DNA of 64,000 nt, taken from contig CP158635.1 in NCBI GenBank assembly GCA_050273025.1, positions 32,178,001 through 32,242,000 on the forward strand, in the 5' to 3' direction. The stretch is from Cenococcum geophilum (taxonomy: Eukaryota). Shown piece by piece: positions 1 to 13,740 of the stretch (position 1 is the stretch's first letter; each line of letters opens with the position of its first letter). Both the position numbers and the translations under genes were made by a program. The notes under the pieces were generated by a model. That model was given only the letters and a program-made list of their open reading frames with translations. It did no database searches and had not been told where the DNA came from.

Positions 1-3000
1 AATCCTTCCTTTAACCTAAAGGCTGTTTTTTATTTATTACCTTCCTTAATCCTAATTTAATAGTACGCCTATCTTAGATCTATCTTCGTAAAGATTTACG
101 CGTTACCTATCCTATTTTAGATTTCGCTAATTAAGGGTAAAGGATACTTATCCTTCCTGGTAATGCTGTTTAACTATCTATAGTTAATATATAGCCTTAG
201 TTTGCCATTCTTCTTTAGTATAAACAGTACTGGATAACCCGCTAATAACTGCGATAGTCTAATATATCCCTTTTATAGGTTTTCTTAGATAAACTCTTTT
301 AATACTCTACCTTCTTCTTTAGTAAGCTTATAGATTGAAAAGAACCTTAGACTTATTCCTAGTTTTAATTCTATCTTATAATCCTATATTATATACTCTA
401 ATAACTTTTTACTTTCCGGCGACTATAGTTTCTTGCTATACTTATAGTATCTCTTTAGTATATAACTTAGTCCTTTTTCTATTTCTTTATAGGTTGCTCC
501 TACTTAGTACTATACTAACTTAGCTTATTATCGCAATTTATGGCGTTAAATATTTTTAATATTGACCTGACCTATAACCCAATCGATTTTTAGATTATAT
601 TCCTATAACTAAGGCATCCTTAGTACTGCCTTATTATTCCCTAATAGTAATATATTAAAAGACACCTCGATTTATCTCCCTTTAATAATTAACTAAATAG
701 GTCCTATTTTAAAATTAATAATACCTCCTCCGTAGGCTATCGGATCTCCTAAAATTATTACTAATAGGTAAGAGTACTCCTTCTTCCTGTATGGTAACCC
801 TATTCTTTTAACTGCTGCTAGTAAGATATAGTTCCTTATTACTCCACTATCTATTAGTGCTTTAAACTATTAATCTTACTACTTAACTTATAAATTTAGG
901 TGTTATTCTTAAATTCCTTTAAGGGTCTAAGGCTCTACTACTAGTTCCCTTTAGTCCTATAGGCCTCTACTTTTCCTAACTATTAGCTGCTTAATCCTAT
1001 TTATACTTGGTCTAACTTAGGCCAATACTTAGTTCGCTTTTTATCTTCTATATACTATAGACACATATTCTCTAGGTATTCCCACTACTATTATCTATCT
1101 AGGCATTCTTTTATAAGGAATCTTCCTAGTTAAAGTATTAAGTCCCCTTAGGCTTATACTTCTACTAGGTGCCAACTATATATATACTTAGCGTTTCGAT
1201 ATTTCGCCTTATCTAACAACTAATATATCCTTACTAGGTACTTTTAGTTCTTGTCCTTTAGTGCTCTATATATATTACACGCATTATTTATATACGCAAT
1301 CTATGCTAATATATAATATGCTTAATGTTTTAGGTTAACTCTTGGCTCGTCTTTATCCCTAAATTTAAACTTCTCTTATGTTAATCTAAGCGTTGCGACT
1401 TTATTCGCAGGTATTATAATTTGCCTCTTGCTTCTCTAGTCCTCTAATTACTCCTCTAGATCTTTTAACGTTATGATTAAGGCTCCTTTAATGTGACTTA
1501 TTGCCTTTTCTGTAATCGGGTGGTTTTAGATAACTTTTTTATCTAACCATATATAGAAATCTTCCTATTTATTGTTATGTCTCTGCCTATACCACTTTTA
1601 GTATAGCTGTTTAAGTGTACACGGCTTATCTATAAAGAAGTATCTTCTTATTACTGCGTCGTGATAACCCTTAGTATGTCGTTCCTTAAACTTAGTTAGG
1701 ATTCCTAAATCCTCTTCGTCTTCCAGTTCGGTAAGCTATTTAGCCCTTAGTATACCTGTCCTAGGCCTATTAGTAATCCTTTATACTAGCGCTCTATCCC
1801 TTATATGTCCTAATATGCTAGATCTCTTATCTAGTTTCTATTCTTGCTATATAATAATTCTTACTCTAAATTCTTCTATAGTTTCTTTTAGTTTGCGTTT
1901 TATACTTAGATCCTTAAAGTCTTCCTACTTCTTAATCTTAGTAACGATATTTCAATCTTTAGGCTAAACACTATATTCCCTTAGTAAGTCTTCTAGGTCT
2001 ATATACTTGTCTCCTAGCCTAACTGCTATTTATATTGCAGATTCTCTAATTTATAAAGAAGCTCCTTGCCTCTTACTTATGGGTTCCCTTATTTATTCTC
2101 TAAATCTTTAGTCCCTTAGATTTTTTAATCCTAAGCTTATTGCTAACTTAAGCTTTACTCCTACCTTAGTCTAACTAGGCTTAGGTGTTCTTATCTTATC
2201 TTAAGAGTTTTAAATCTCACTTATCTTATTTTAAGAGTCTTGTGCTTATAGGAAACTCTATCCTAAGCTTATTCGTATATCTTTAAACTAAGCTACTACC
2301 CTACTCCATCAGTTTCTGTCCATTATAGGTCTTTAGGTATACCTTATCTTATTTTAAGAATCTTAGTTATCTCTTATCTTATCTTAAGAATCTTAAGCCT
2401 TTGGCTTCTTGCCTTTATTAAGTGCTAAAGTAGTTTACTATCCTACTTCTCTTACGTCTTATAAAGCGATAGATATTATGTCTAGTGGGGTCTTAATCCC
2501 TACTAATATTCCCTATTCTATAGTAGAATTATCCTCTACCTTTTATATAATATCTCCGATGGCTATATGCTCCTAGTAAGCTACTTTCGTTACCTTATTG
2601 TTATAGAATGTTTCGCCTATATTAAATTTATCGTCCTTAATATCTAATCTGCGAACTAGTTTATTAGTCCCTCTATACTTTATAGATTTTGGCTCCTATA
2701 GCTAATAGCTTACGCTATACTTAGCGTCTTTATAAATTTGGTATACGTTATTATAATAGAACGCAAAACTTCTAATTAAACACTCTTTTATTCCTCGTAG
2801 TATACTATTATCCCTCTATACGTATATGCCTTCTGCTATAGGTCTTGTTCCCTTTATTATATAGTGACTCTAACCATTTTTATAATCCCTTATAAAGTAA
2901 CCTTATTTTCCACAATTTATATAAGCTCCATTTTTAAACTATTAACTTTGCTGTAGAGTCCGCCTAAACGTCTTCTGCTACTAAGATCCCTGGTTTAGCC

Positions 3001-3305
3001 TTTACTCCTTAGTCTTATAATTACTAGATCCTTAACCTCTAGGTTTTTATAGTTTCTTACTCTATCTCTTATAGGCTTCTTTAGTACCACTTAAGTCTAT
3101 TAGCTCTGCGCTATACTATAGTTTCTAACTTAGCTTTAGTTAATATATGCTCTACGCCTTATATAACTATAGAACTCTATTCTAACCTCTCTTAGTCTAT
3201 TCCCTTTAGTAGATCCTATTATCGATCTTTATTGCTTAATCTATTAGTTCCCTTAGGGTATTTATATCTTCTATTAGGATAATCGCGTCCTAGACTTTAG
3301 CCTTA

Positions 3306-6300
3306 TATTAGGACGCCAAGGTCCTTAGGGCATGTAATAACGTGACAACAGTAACGGGATGTAAAGAGTATCTGGTTCTTGATAAAGTAGAACTGTAGAA
3401 CTAAATTCTGCTATTCTCTAGTGCGGGGCGACTACATTTTATAGGCGCCTCGCCTGCGCCTCGCCTGCGCTAAGCCAGTTACGGCCAGTACGTCTCTATA
3501 GCCTAACAATTACCCCCCCCTTCTTAAGCGGCTGTCCTTAGCCAACGCTATTATATAATAGGAGTGCTATTATTATCCTTCTCTAAATAAAAAGTTTTTA
3601 ATAAATTTAAGTAAATTAGATAATGTAACAATAGGATAATATAATAATAGGATAATGTAATAATAGGACCTTATAGAGATCTATAAAGGTAGGAGTTCCC
3701 ACCTAAGTAGGATATCAGATTTCCCTTCCAATTCCATTTTAATTCGTTTAGCCTATAACTTACCTTCTTTACAACTTCTAATCAATTATAAATCGCAAGC
3801 GTAGCGCCGCCAGTCCGCCTATTGGCGAGTCTTCTGTAAGTATTCTTTATACTGGCTTATAGCTATTGCTAACCCTACTAGATGCCGTCCAAGCTTCCTT
3901 ATCGTTTGCAAGGTGCTCCCCCAGCCTTACTTAAACCAATTTGCCTCCGCTGCGCTAAGCGCGTAGCCACCGCTAGGTGGGCTACCTACGGCAAGCAGGC
4001 TAACTACAATTATGGGTACTACTAACGACTAAATAAGTTGTGCCAACCAGTAAGTCTAAGTGCGTTAGTTTAGGTTTTAATAGCTAACAGACTAGGTCCC
4101 TAAGGCCTTCTATAGCCGCCTAAATAAGCTACTCGCCCTTATTAATAGGGCTAAGCGCCGGCGGGTTACTGGCGGAGACATGGCTAACCTTAATGCTCGC
4201 GTCGCTACCGCCCAGAAGTCCTTTACGAAGGATATTAATGCCTTAGTGCGCACCAGCGCCAAGCACGGTCTCCGCCAGCGCCTAAAGGGCGAAGACTTTC
4301 CCCTACTTTAAGTATAGGAATTACAGGCCATCCGTTATACTTTTAAAGGAATTCTTAATATAATGCGCGCTTTAGTACGTGTTATAGCGCAGGTGTTTCG
4401 CCGTTATAGTGTATGCTAATAGTACCTATAGGCTAATATACCTCCTATTATAAGGGATAAGGAGGAGGATAAGGGTAAGGAGGATAAGGAGAAGGGAGAG
4501 GAGGAGGATAAGGAGGGAGAGGAGGAGGAGAATAAAAAAGAAGGGGAGGAGAGGGAGGATTTGCTGGAGCTATAGAGTATCTATATTTCTGTTAGCATAC
4601 TACTATCACTCCGCCGTCATTCCGTCGTCGCCCCGCTAGTAGGGCGTAATCTCGGTTATAATTAAAAGTTTTTTATTCTCCCACCTACTTTCTTTTCTAT
4701 TTGCCCCTTAGGGTAAAGTAACTATTATATATCTCCTTTACGTCCTTATTAATGTCCTCTGCTAAGACCTATTTATTATATTCTTCTAGCTAGCCTTTTT
4801 ACTTAACTAGGTACTATAGGGTCTAGTTACGTCCCTTCCTTCTATATACTTCTTCTACCTTATATTAGTCCTCTTAGTCTTCTTAATTATCTAGCTTAAT
4901 AGGCCCTAGTAGAGGGTCTCTAGTAGTGCCCTTATATTATTTATATAGCTTTAGCAAGCTAATATAGAACACTAGGTGGATATGGTAAGATATAGGTAGA
5001 TATAGTTAGTATACTTACTTTCTAACTAGTTCGGCTATACTAAAAGGTCTAATAAAGCGTACTGTAAGTTTCTTGCTTGGCCTTTTTAGTTTAAGGTTTT
5101 TAGTTAATAGTAAGACTAGATCCCCTACTTTATATACCTATAATTAGTAATAATAATCATAGTATTTCGCCTGCGCCTCGGCGGCGTATTCCTAGCGCTT
5201 CGCCAGCGCTTCGCGTTTAAGGGATATTCTTTTAATCCTCTTAGAGGCGGCTAGAATAGAACTACTATCATCTGCCTTAACCTTGTATTTTAGATGTAGG
5301 TAAAACCTATAGCAGGTATAAAACGGGCTTATACCCATCGTGCTATGTTTAGCATTATTATAGGCAAATTTGGCTAGTAATAAGAGGCCTACCTAGTTGC
5401 TCTGCTTCTCATTATAAAATATACAAAGGTAATACTTTAGAGTTTAGTTCTAGCGTTCTGTTTACCCGTCCGTTTATAGGTAAAAGGCTATACTTAGCCT
5501 ACGTTTAATCTTTACAGCAAAGTATAGCTCCGACTAAAACTTACTAGTAAAGATACTACCGTAATTAGATATAATCCCTCTAGGGGCTCCAAAACGGCGT
5601 ACTACTTTATTAAAGAAGAGATCCGCAAGTTTACTTACAGTAATAGTTTTTACTATAGGCAGATACAAGGCCATCTTAGTATAGCGGTCGACTATTACGC
5701 ATATCGCGTTATATACCTTATCGCCTCGTCTACTAGGCGGTAGGCCTATAATAAAGTCCATTATAATCTCCTGCCACGGCTAATCCGGGCAAGGTAGCGC
5801 TTAGAGCTCGCTATAAGGGCAATATTAAGGCGTATATATACGCTGGTATAGATTATAGGTAGAGATATAGCTTATAACATCCGTATTTATACTAGGCCAG
5901 TAGTACTTACGCGTAAGTAGATCTAGAGTCTTTTTCTTACTAAAGTGCCCAGCTAGGGCATTATCGTGGTAGATCTGTAGGAGTTCTGCATAAACTGCTG
6001 GATCTAGGGGCATATATAGCCTCCCGCGGTAATAAAGTAGTCTATCGGAATTAAACTACTACATAGGCTTCGAGCGGGCGCGTTAACAGCGTCTCGCCGT
6101 ATCTACACTGTTGCTGCGCTTTTGTAGTATAAAGTTATCTATAGTTTAAAGTCCTTTAATAAGCTTAACAACTGTTTCCGTACTAGACTTGTAGGCACTC
6201 TCTTAAGCGCTTACTACTCTAACTTAGGTCCTTATTATATGCTACTTAATAGCATACATACAGGTTACCTAGTTAAACTGTAATACTATATTGCCCAGGC

Positions 6301-9300
6301 GTACCTCCGTCAGGTTGCTGGCTTATAGCTATAAAAGCGACACCTCTATAGAAGGCTCGCTTTCCTATATACCTAATAGGACTTTTACCTTAAGTTAGTA
6401 GCCCTACATTCCTAAAGTCCTTTAGAGTAGTAGTAGTATAGTATCTTCTTCTAGCGGACCCCCTGCGCCTAGGGGTTGCCTTGACGGCGCGTCTATGGGG
6501 TTCGTTTTCCCCGCCCTATACTTAATGATAAAGTTATAGGTAGCTAGGGTTATAGCCCATCTAGCTTACCGTCTATTAAGGGCTTTTACTTTTATAAAAC
6601 CCTTTAGATTATTATAATCTAAGAGCACTTCTAGGCGGCTTAATAGCCCCTTAATGTAGTGTCTCTAATGCTTAAAAGCCTCTATAATAGCTAGTAGCTC
6701 TTAATTATAGGTTTTATAGTTACGCTCTACTAGCAAAAGCTTCCTAGACTAGAAGGCTATTAGATACTAAAGGCCATCTTTAAACAGCTATAATATAATT
6801 GCTACTAGGCCTTATATAGAGGCATTAGTCTCTAATTAGGTCGGTAAGCCCGGCGTATAGTGTTATAGGAACGGCGCCGTTATAAAGGCGTCGCAGAGCC
6901 GGCGTATTACCTACTCCGCCTCCTCTAGCCAATTAAAGGCCTAGCTTTACAGCCGTTCTTTACTCCTTTTAGGAGATTAGTAATAGGCTTCGCAATAGTA
7001 GAGTATTTATAAATAAACTGATAATAGAAGTTGGCAAAACCTAGAAAGACCTAGATATCCCTATAGGATTAAGGGCTCTCCTACTTAGTAATAGCTTCTA
7101 CCCAGCTAGGATCTATTGCTACGCCCTTAGGGCTAATAATATATCCTAGGAACTTAATCTTCTGTACGCTAAACTTGCACTTCTTAAGGTTTATATACAG
7201 TTAGTATTATTATAATCTACGTAGCACTTCTACTATATAGCGCTAATGTTCCTCTAGATTTTTAGAGAAAATTAAAATATTATTAAGGTAGATTATATAG
7301 AAGACGTCTACTAGTCCTAATAAGGCCCGATTAATGTAGCCCTAAAAGGTCGCTGGTCCGTTAATTAGCCTAAAAGGTAAAACTAAGTACTTAAAGTGGC
7401 TATAGCGTATATAGAACGCCGTCTTTTACTTATCGCTATAATGAATACGAAGGCGGTAATACGTATATATTAGGTCCAGCTTAGTAAAGATCTTAAAACC
7501 TATTAAGCGGTCCAAGGTTTTACTAATTAATAGTAGTGTAAGACAATTCTTAATCGTCACCTTATTAAGGCCTCTGTAGTCTATACAGAGCTATAGCTTC
7601 CCATCCTTTTTAGGTATAAAGAGGATAGGTGCCTCTATAGGACTAGTACTTAGTTAAATCTAGCTTTTAGCTAAGGCGTTATCTAAGTACTCCCTTAGGA
7701 CTTCTAGCTCCTTAGCTAAGAGGTTATAGAGCGGCCTATATAGGGCCTCCTATCCCTCTTTTAGGTCAATAGCATAGTCGCCCTAGTAGTGTTAGGGTAG
7801 CTTTCCTGCTTCCTTATAGGAGAAGATATTACTAACTTCCTTTAACTATAGGGGGAGGACTAGTAAGCTGCCGTTGTCTTACTTGCTAGGTATTACTCCA
7901 GAAGTTAATAGGGTAAAGACCCTAGATTCTGTCTAGAGAGACTCCGCGAAACCTTTAGGGGTTTATAATAACAGGGACGAGCCATCTAGCTTCCATTGCT
8001 ATGCCTTCGCCTTACAGTTAATAAGAAGTCGGGCCTTCTTTAACCCCAGTATACCTAGGGTAACAGTAGGGGATGCGTTAGCCATTCCATAGCAGATAAG
8101 GGTTACTTCCCTAATCTTACCCCAGCTGTTCTTTATTCTTAATAGTACCTTATAGGCCTTATAGCAATATGCCTAAGTCTTATTTAACTAGGAGTAGGTA
8201 GGTAGCTTTACGTCTAGCGTCTTAAAATTACACTCTATAGCAAATCGCTGGTTAACTATATTTACTTCGGCACTAATATTAAGTATTACTAAGGTCTCCT
8301 TCTAGGTCTTCTTTAGGAGGACTTTACCTAAGATAGTAATAGCTTCCTTATAATCTAGTAGGAGCTTACACCTTACGGCTATAAAGGGGTCCGAGGGCGC
8401 TTATCTTTTCCCAGTATAGAGGTAGTATTTACGCTACTAAGTAGTAGTTAATTCCGTTGCTGCTCTTTACATTATCGCCACCAATGTCCTAGCTGCCTAT
8501 ATTTTAAGCAGTTTCCTTTAGGCTAAGTTAAGCCCCTGGCGGTATTACTTCGCCCTACTATTAAGTCGCCAGCGGTGGTTTTAGAGTCCACTTTCCCTAA
8601 GTTACCCAACTAGGTGGTCTTTATATTCGAGTTTACGGCGCGCCTATTACTTCTACCCTATAGGGCGCTTACGCTCTTCTGGTTTTCCTCTAATAGGGCA
8701 GCTAGGGAAACTAGCTAGTCTCGAGTTTAAAGGAATTCTTAATAGTTAGTAATAGCAACCTATAGCTCTAGCTATAGCTTCACGAATAGATATATTATTA
8801 GATGCTTTGCATTATAAAGAGGATTAATTTGTGCTTTTAAGGAGGTTAGGTAAGCAGCAAACTCGTTTACTGGTTAATTAGTTTGCTATATTGCCTTTAT
8901 ATAGGTTAAGGCTATATAAAGTTCTTAATTAATAGGACTTTTAATCTAGTTAAGTAAGAATTCTATAAGCTCCTCCTAGGTAAACTACATGTCTAGATAG
9001 TTATCTTTATACTATAGCTAAAGGGTTCGGTTGGTCCCCTTTATATATTACATAGTAAACGCGACTTTAGTATCCTTATTTATAAAGCCATCGCGCTCTA
9101 GGCGGAACGCTAACTTTAAGCTGTCGCGGAAGTCTTAGTACTCTTATATAGACTTACTATAATATAGAGCAATCTTCTCTATTTTAACGGCCCGTTTTAA
9201 CGGAGCACCTAATATATTAGTAGCCCTCCGCTTAAGACTTAAATATATTGGGCTACCGCCCAAGTACTCTAATAGGATTATTTAAGGTTATAAAGATAGG

Positions 9301-9896
9301 TTAGGAACGGGAGTCAACATCGCCTCACCACGTTAACGCCGTCTTAGCACTTCTACCTCTTCCCTAAGCAAGTGTAGTTTTCTTTACTCTAGGAGTTATA
9401 GCTTCTTATTCTCTAGCCGTTATATTTCTTCCTATATATTCCCTTTACCTATAGCTTCCGGTTCTGTCTAGGACGACATAGGTTCGCCTATATTATCTTA
9501 GGGCCGCTCCCTAGACTTAGTAGTACGCATTACGCTAGTACACCCGCGTCTTACTATTAGGTCGATAGGCTGCGATATAGTTAATAAATATAGGTCGTCT
9601 TCTTAACAGAGGGTTGCCGCTATGTAGTCATGGCCTTCGTAGACCGCTATGTTATCAGGCCACTACCCCTAAAAAGGGATAAGAATTCAGTACTATTAGG
9701 ACGCCAAGGTCCTTAGGGTATATAGTAACATAACAATAGTAACGGGATGCAAAGAGTATCTGGTTCTTAATAAAGTAAAACTGTAGAACTAAATTCTGCT
9801 GTTCTCTGGTGCGGGGCGACTACGTTTTATAGGCGCCTCACCTGCGCCTCGCCTGCGCTAAGCCGGTTACGGCCAGTGCGTCTCTATAGCCTAACA
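3306..9896 (-). mobile_element. Full-length Gypsy chromovirus B, RIP-degenerated, nested in gag of A
   Basis: 203-bp LTRs 3306-3508 and 9694-9896; TSD CCTTA at 3301-3305 and 9897-9901; empty site visible in C near 26670. PPT next to left LTR. RT ~7100-7700, RNase H ~6550-6900, integrase ~5300-6010 (ORFs 5534-5761, 5825-6013), chromodomain ~4750-4870. Confidence 0.96.
3788..4575 (+). pseudogene. Four-exon antisense accessory gene inside Gypsy B; ~212 aa, Zn(II)2Cys6-like Cys pattern, basic N-terminus, acidic tail; RIP-inactivated
   Basis: Exons 3788-3835, 3882-4049, 4096-4374, 4432-4575. Three phase-0 introns (46, 46, 57 nt) with GTAAGT/GTAAGT/GTACGT donors, GCTAAC/GCTAAC/GCTAAT branch sites and TAG acceptors. 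Joined frame is open except three internal stops explicable as CAA/CAG->TAA/TAG; start ATA is read as RIP-mutated ATG. Confidence 0.78.
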
Positions 9897-12097
9897 CCTT
9901 AAGTCCTTACTTATACTGTGCTATAAGCGCTTTATTATTCCACTTAACTTATATCGCTAATATCTAGAACTATATTATATACTTAATTGCTAAAGTTTAT
10001 TACGTAATGTCTTGGAGTTTTTTTTCCGCCATAGTTATTAATTTTAGGTCTCCAAATATTTACGTAAGTTATTCTGCGAACCCTTCCCAGCTTAAGAACA
10101 TAAATCGCATATCTTAGTTAGTGGTCGTTATTCTATTTACCTGTATTTCCATAAGGTAAGGCTTAAACCACTTAAGTGCTCTTCCTAATAAGAATAGTCC
10201 TATATAGGCTATTTGATCTATAGGTGTTGGTAGCTTTACCCCTTCTTACGTAACTTTAAAGTGTATTTAGGTAAGAAATCCCTTAAGCTTTAATCTCTCT
10301 CCTAAGTACCTTTTAATTAATAGTAACTTGATCTTTGCTACTCTAATCCCATTAATCCTATTTTCTAACATTGTATTATTTTCCGTTAGCTAGTTAACTA
10401 TCTTTTATAGTTGTCCGACCGTTACAGGTTGCTATAAGTTAGTGTCTGCTATACTAGTGTCGTTACCTAACCTTAAAGTAGTTGCCGCCGTCGATAGCGT
10501 TATGGCTAGTGCTTTTAGTGGCATATTATTTAACTTTCTATATTTAATACTATAACTAGGTAGTAATTATATAACGGAACCTTATAGCAAGTACTATAAT
10601 AGGCTTATTAATGGGCTAGGTGTATAGGTAATATAAATTAAAGTTAATAACGTAATAATAACTAGTGGAGTAGTTGCCTAATAGATTAACTCTAATTGTA
10701 TTCTAAGAATTACTATAAGGAAGGAACTATCTAGGTAGGGACTAAGGGTCCTTAAATACACAACCGTACTCCTATAAAATCCTTCTTATACGTAATATAC
10801 GTGTGCTCTATTTACTTTGTTATAGATTCTATAGATTATATAGATTATATAAATCACATTATATAACCTTAGTTACTATTCCTCGTTATATAGTTCTATC
10901 GGCTCCATCCTAGACCGTGCCTAAATTAACTAACTAGCTTCTTCTAACTCCTCTCCAAGTAGTCGTAATATTGTACTTAAAGCGTCTGTAACACAGTAGA
11001 GGTATTACTTTATAGATAAAATGTGCAATTCCTTCTTTTTTAGTTGCTGGATATTCCGGCATTATAATATAGTCTATTCCAGTGGCTTATTAGCCAAAAT
11101 GTACTAAACCAGTTCTGGGTTACAAGGGAAATAGTAATAGAGGGCGGGGGGGCGAGCAACGGGCGCCCCCTGATGACTCTATAGTAGTAGAGTAAAGTAT
11201 GCGATACTAGCGCGTCCGTAGGCTTGATACGGCAGCAGTGGTTCCCAAGGAGGTCAAAAAGTAAGGTAGTAGGAGCACCACAGGTGACTCGCAGGCGCCC
11301 CGCAGGCGCCTCGTAGGCAAGTCCCAAAAGGCAGGGAGATGGATCACGGGGTTTTCTCAAATAGAGTTTTCTCCCCACATGTACATAAGGAGTAGTCCGC
11401 GTGGGCCCAATAGGGATCCGAATCGGACGTTAAGCAATGAATTATTATTATTAATATGGTCTATTGCCTCTTAGACAATAACTTAGTGCTTACCGTTAGA
11501 GCTAATAAGTACTCCATAGTCTTGAAGTGTGCTCTAGATATTCTTAGTATATATATAGCCTATATATAGTATTATACGTAGTCTTACCTTAGAGAGACCT
11601 ATATAAAATAGAAACCGCTATTATATACTATCTTAACCCTTACCCTCCTTACCCTCCCCACCCTCCTTATCTTTAATACTCTCTCTATTAATTATATTAT
11701 CTTAAGAACTATCGTCTTCGTATTTAATATTAGGTACGCTCTAGTATACCTGCGTATCCTTAGTATATACCTAGTATATAATTATACATACTAACTTATA
11801 GACCGTTCAGCCACCCTACTATACTCTCGTTCACTTTAGTATAGTTTTTACTTGTTATTGGTATAGTAAGGCATATATAAATGCGGTTATATATATATAG
11901 GTATAGATATATATATATATCTATATCTATGTCTCCGGGTGTATACGGAGCATATACTCTTAATATTTTAGTTTATATGTTCGCTTAAGTTAAATATAGC
12001 TACTAATGCGCGTTCTGTATGGGTAAAAGTGTAGTACCGCCGACCTTTTTCCGGGGGCTCCATCGGTAACCACGCTTAGCTTTCGCCAACCCCTATT

Positions 12098-12206
12098 AGT
12101 GACCACGTTCAACGTGTCCGAGACCATGATTAGCTGCGACCCGAGTTCGGACCACGTTGAACTTTTGGACCACGCCGAGTTTTTTTCGGACCACGCCGAG
12201 CTGTAA
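12098..12206. repeat. Putative transposon terminus with GACCACG sub-terminal repeats, ending GACCACGCCGAGCTGTAA
   Basis: Near-identical terminal ~40 bp recurs in the same orientation at 62889-62927. Confidence 0.6.
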
Positions 12207-12209
12207 CCC

Positions 12210-13740
12210 CATCGGGCGCGACACACAGTGCTATCAGGTCCCCGCTATATTCCCGATAGCCTACACGTGCCTCCGCCAAGTTACCCCCTTTGTAGCCACC
12301 TTATTTTTTACCCTTCCTTACATCCTCCCTACCTTAGGAGGCACTAGAACAGCAGTCAGCAGAGGACCGTCGCTAGAACTAGACAACTGTCGCTAGAACC
12401 AGACGACCGTCGCCAGAACCAGACGACCGTTGCTAGAACCAGATGACCGTCCTAGAGCTAGACAACCGTTACCAGAACCAGACGACCGTCCTAAAACGAG
12501 ACGACCGTTACCAGAACTAGATGACGACCTTTCGAACAACTAGCCAGCGAATACCACGAACGATTTAATTGATCGATCGATCGAATTAAACCAGAGCTTT
12601 GATATCGGCCCATCACCGAATCGAATCAAGGCCTCCTAGGGAGGCACCCTAGACGACCACCATTCGAATGTACAGCTAGCGAACGGCCATAGAGAACGAT
12701 CTGAATTAATTAGAGCCTTCGATTGGGCCGACCCCTCCCCCGAATTGAATTGGATACTGACATAGGCAGGCAGGCAGGAGGCAGGTAGGAGAGGACCGTC
12801 GCCAGAACCAGAGACCGTCGCCAGAACCACGACCGTCGCCAGAGCCAGACGACCGTCGCCAGAGCCAGATGACCGTCGCCAGAGCTAGACGACCGTCGCC
12901 AGAGCCAGACGATAATCGTTCGAACGACCAGCCAGCGAACACCACGATCGATTCAATCGATCGATCGAATCGAACCAGAGCCTCAATATCGGCCCGTTAC
13001 CGAATCAAATCGAATCAAGGCCTCCTAAGGAGGCACCCCAGACGACCACCGTCAAACGTACAGCCAGCGAACGCCCATAGAGAACGATTCGAATTAATAC
13101 GATCAATCGAATCAAGCAAAACCTTCGATCGGGCCGACCTCTCCCCGAATTACAGATACAGACGGGTAGGCATAGACGAGTAGGGACGACGGGCGGGTAG
13201 GCGCGAACGGGTAGGACGGTAAGACGGGCAGGACAGGCAGGACAGGCAGGACAGGCAGGACAGGCAGACAGGTAGGGAGGTACTAGGCCTAGTTAGGAAA
13301 TCAGCATACGGCCGGCGGATCATCGGGAACACCGCCAATCGACGATTTGGAGCCTCTGCACGAGGCTCCTCAGTCGATCGCCCGACGCCCGAGCGATCGT
13401 AGAGCTCCTATGACAGACACAGGCGGTAGGCAGGAAAGATTGATTTGGATTATTTAGATTATATATAATTAAATTAAAAATTATAATATTTTTTTGACTA
13501 CCTGTAAATACTAGAGTGTTAATATACCTTATTTTTAAAACTATAATTTTTATTATTATCCTGATGGTCCTAATAGTCGTGATGGTCCTAGAGGTCCTGG
13601 AGGTCCTGGAGGTCCTGGTAGTCCTGGTGGTCCGGGCGACCTCCTGACAGGTTCCTGACAGGATACCGAGTGTGAGTGTCTCCTGGAGCTCCTGACAGCC
13701 CTAACAGGAGCTGTCAGGAGGCACAAACATTTTGCTAATG
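12210..13740. mobile_element. Non-autonomous minisatellite-bearing element related to 58137-60834
   Basis: Starts CATCGGG, ends CATTTTGCTAATG (RIP form of ..TTTTGCCGATG). Shares head sequence GGTCCCCGCTATATTCCCGATAGCC, the 20-bp CCAGAACCAGACGACCGTCG array and the CGATCGATCG spacer with the 58-61 kb copy. No matching TSD; its right end abuts the truncation of Gypsy G. Confidence 0.65.

Larger units (their letters stand above)
1..10993 (-). mobile_element. Gypsy LTR retrotransposon A, RIP-degenerated, runs off the left edge; interrupted by element B; same family as C
   Basis: Minus strand: RT motifs near 1-450 (FTKIDLR..AYY..IRI, KTAFR), protease ALIDSG near 850, gag Zn knuckle near 2900, gag 9900-10500. 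5' LTR 10570-10993 (TAT[TGT]AAC...GTAACA). Colinear with C at 23380-27766. Confidence 0.93.

Noticed and set aside
11630..11670. Telomere-like CCCTAA repeats
   Set aside because: Only degenerate CCCT-rich low complexity, with no tandem TTAGGG units.
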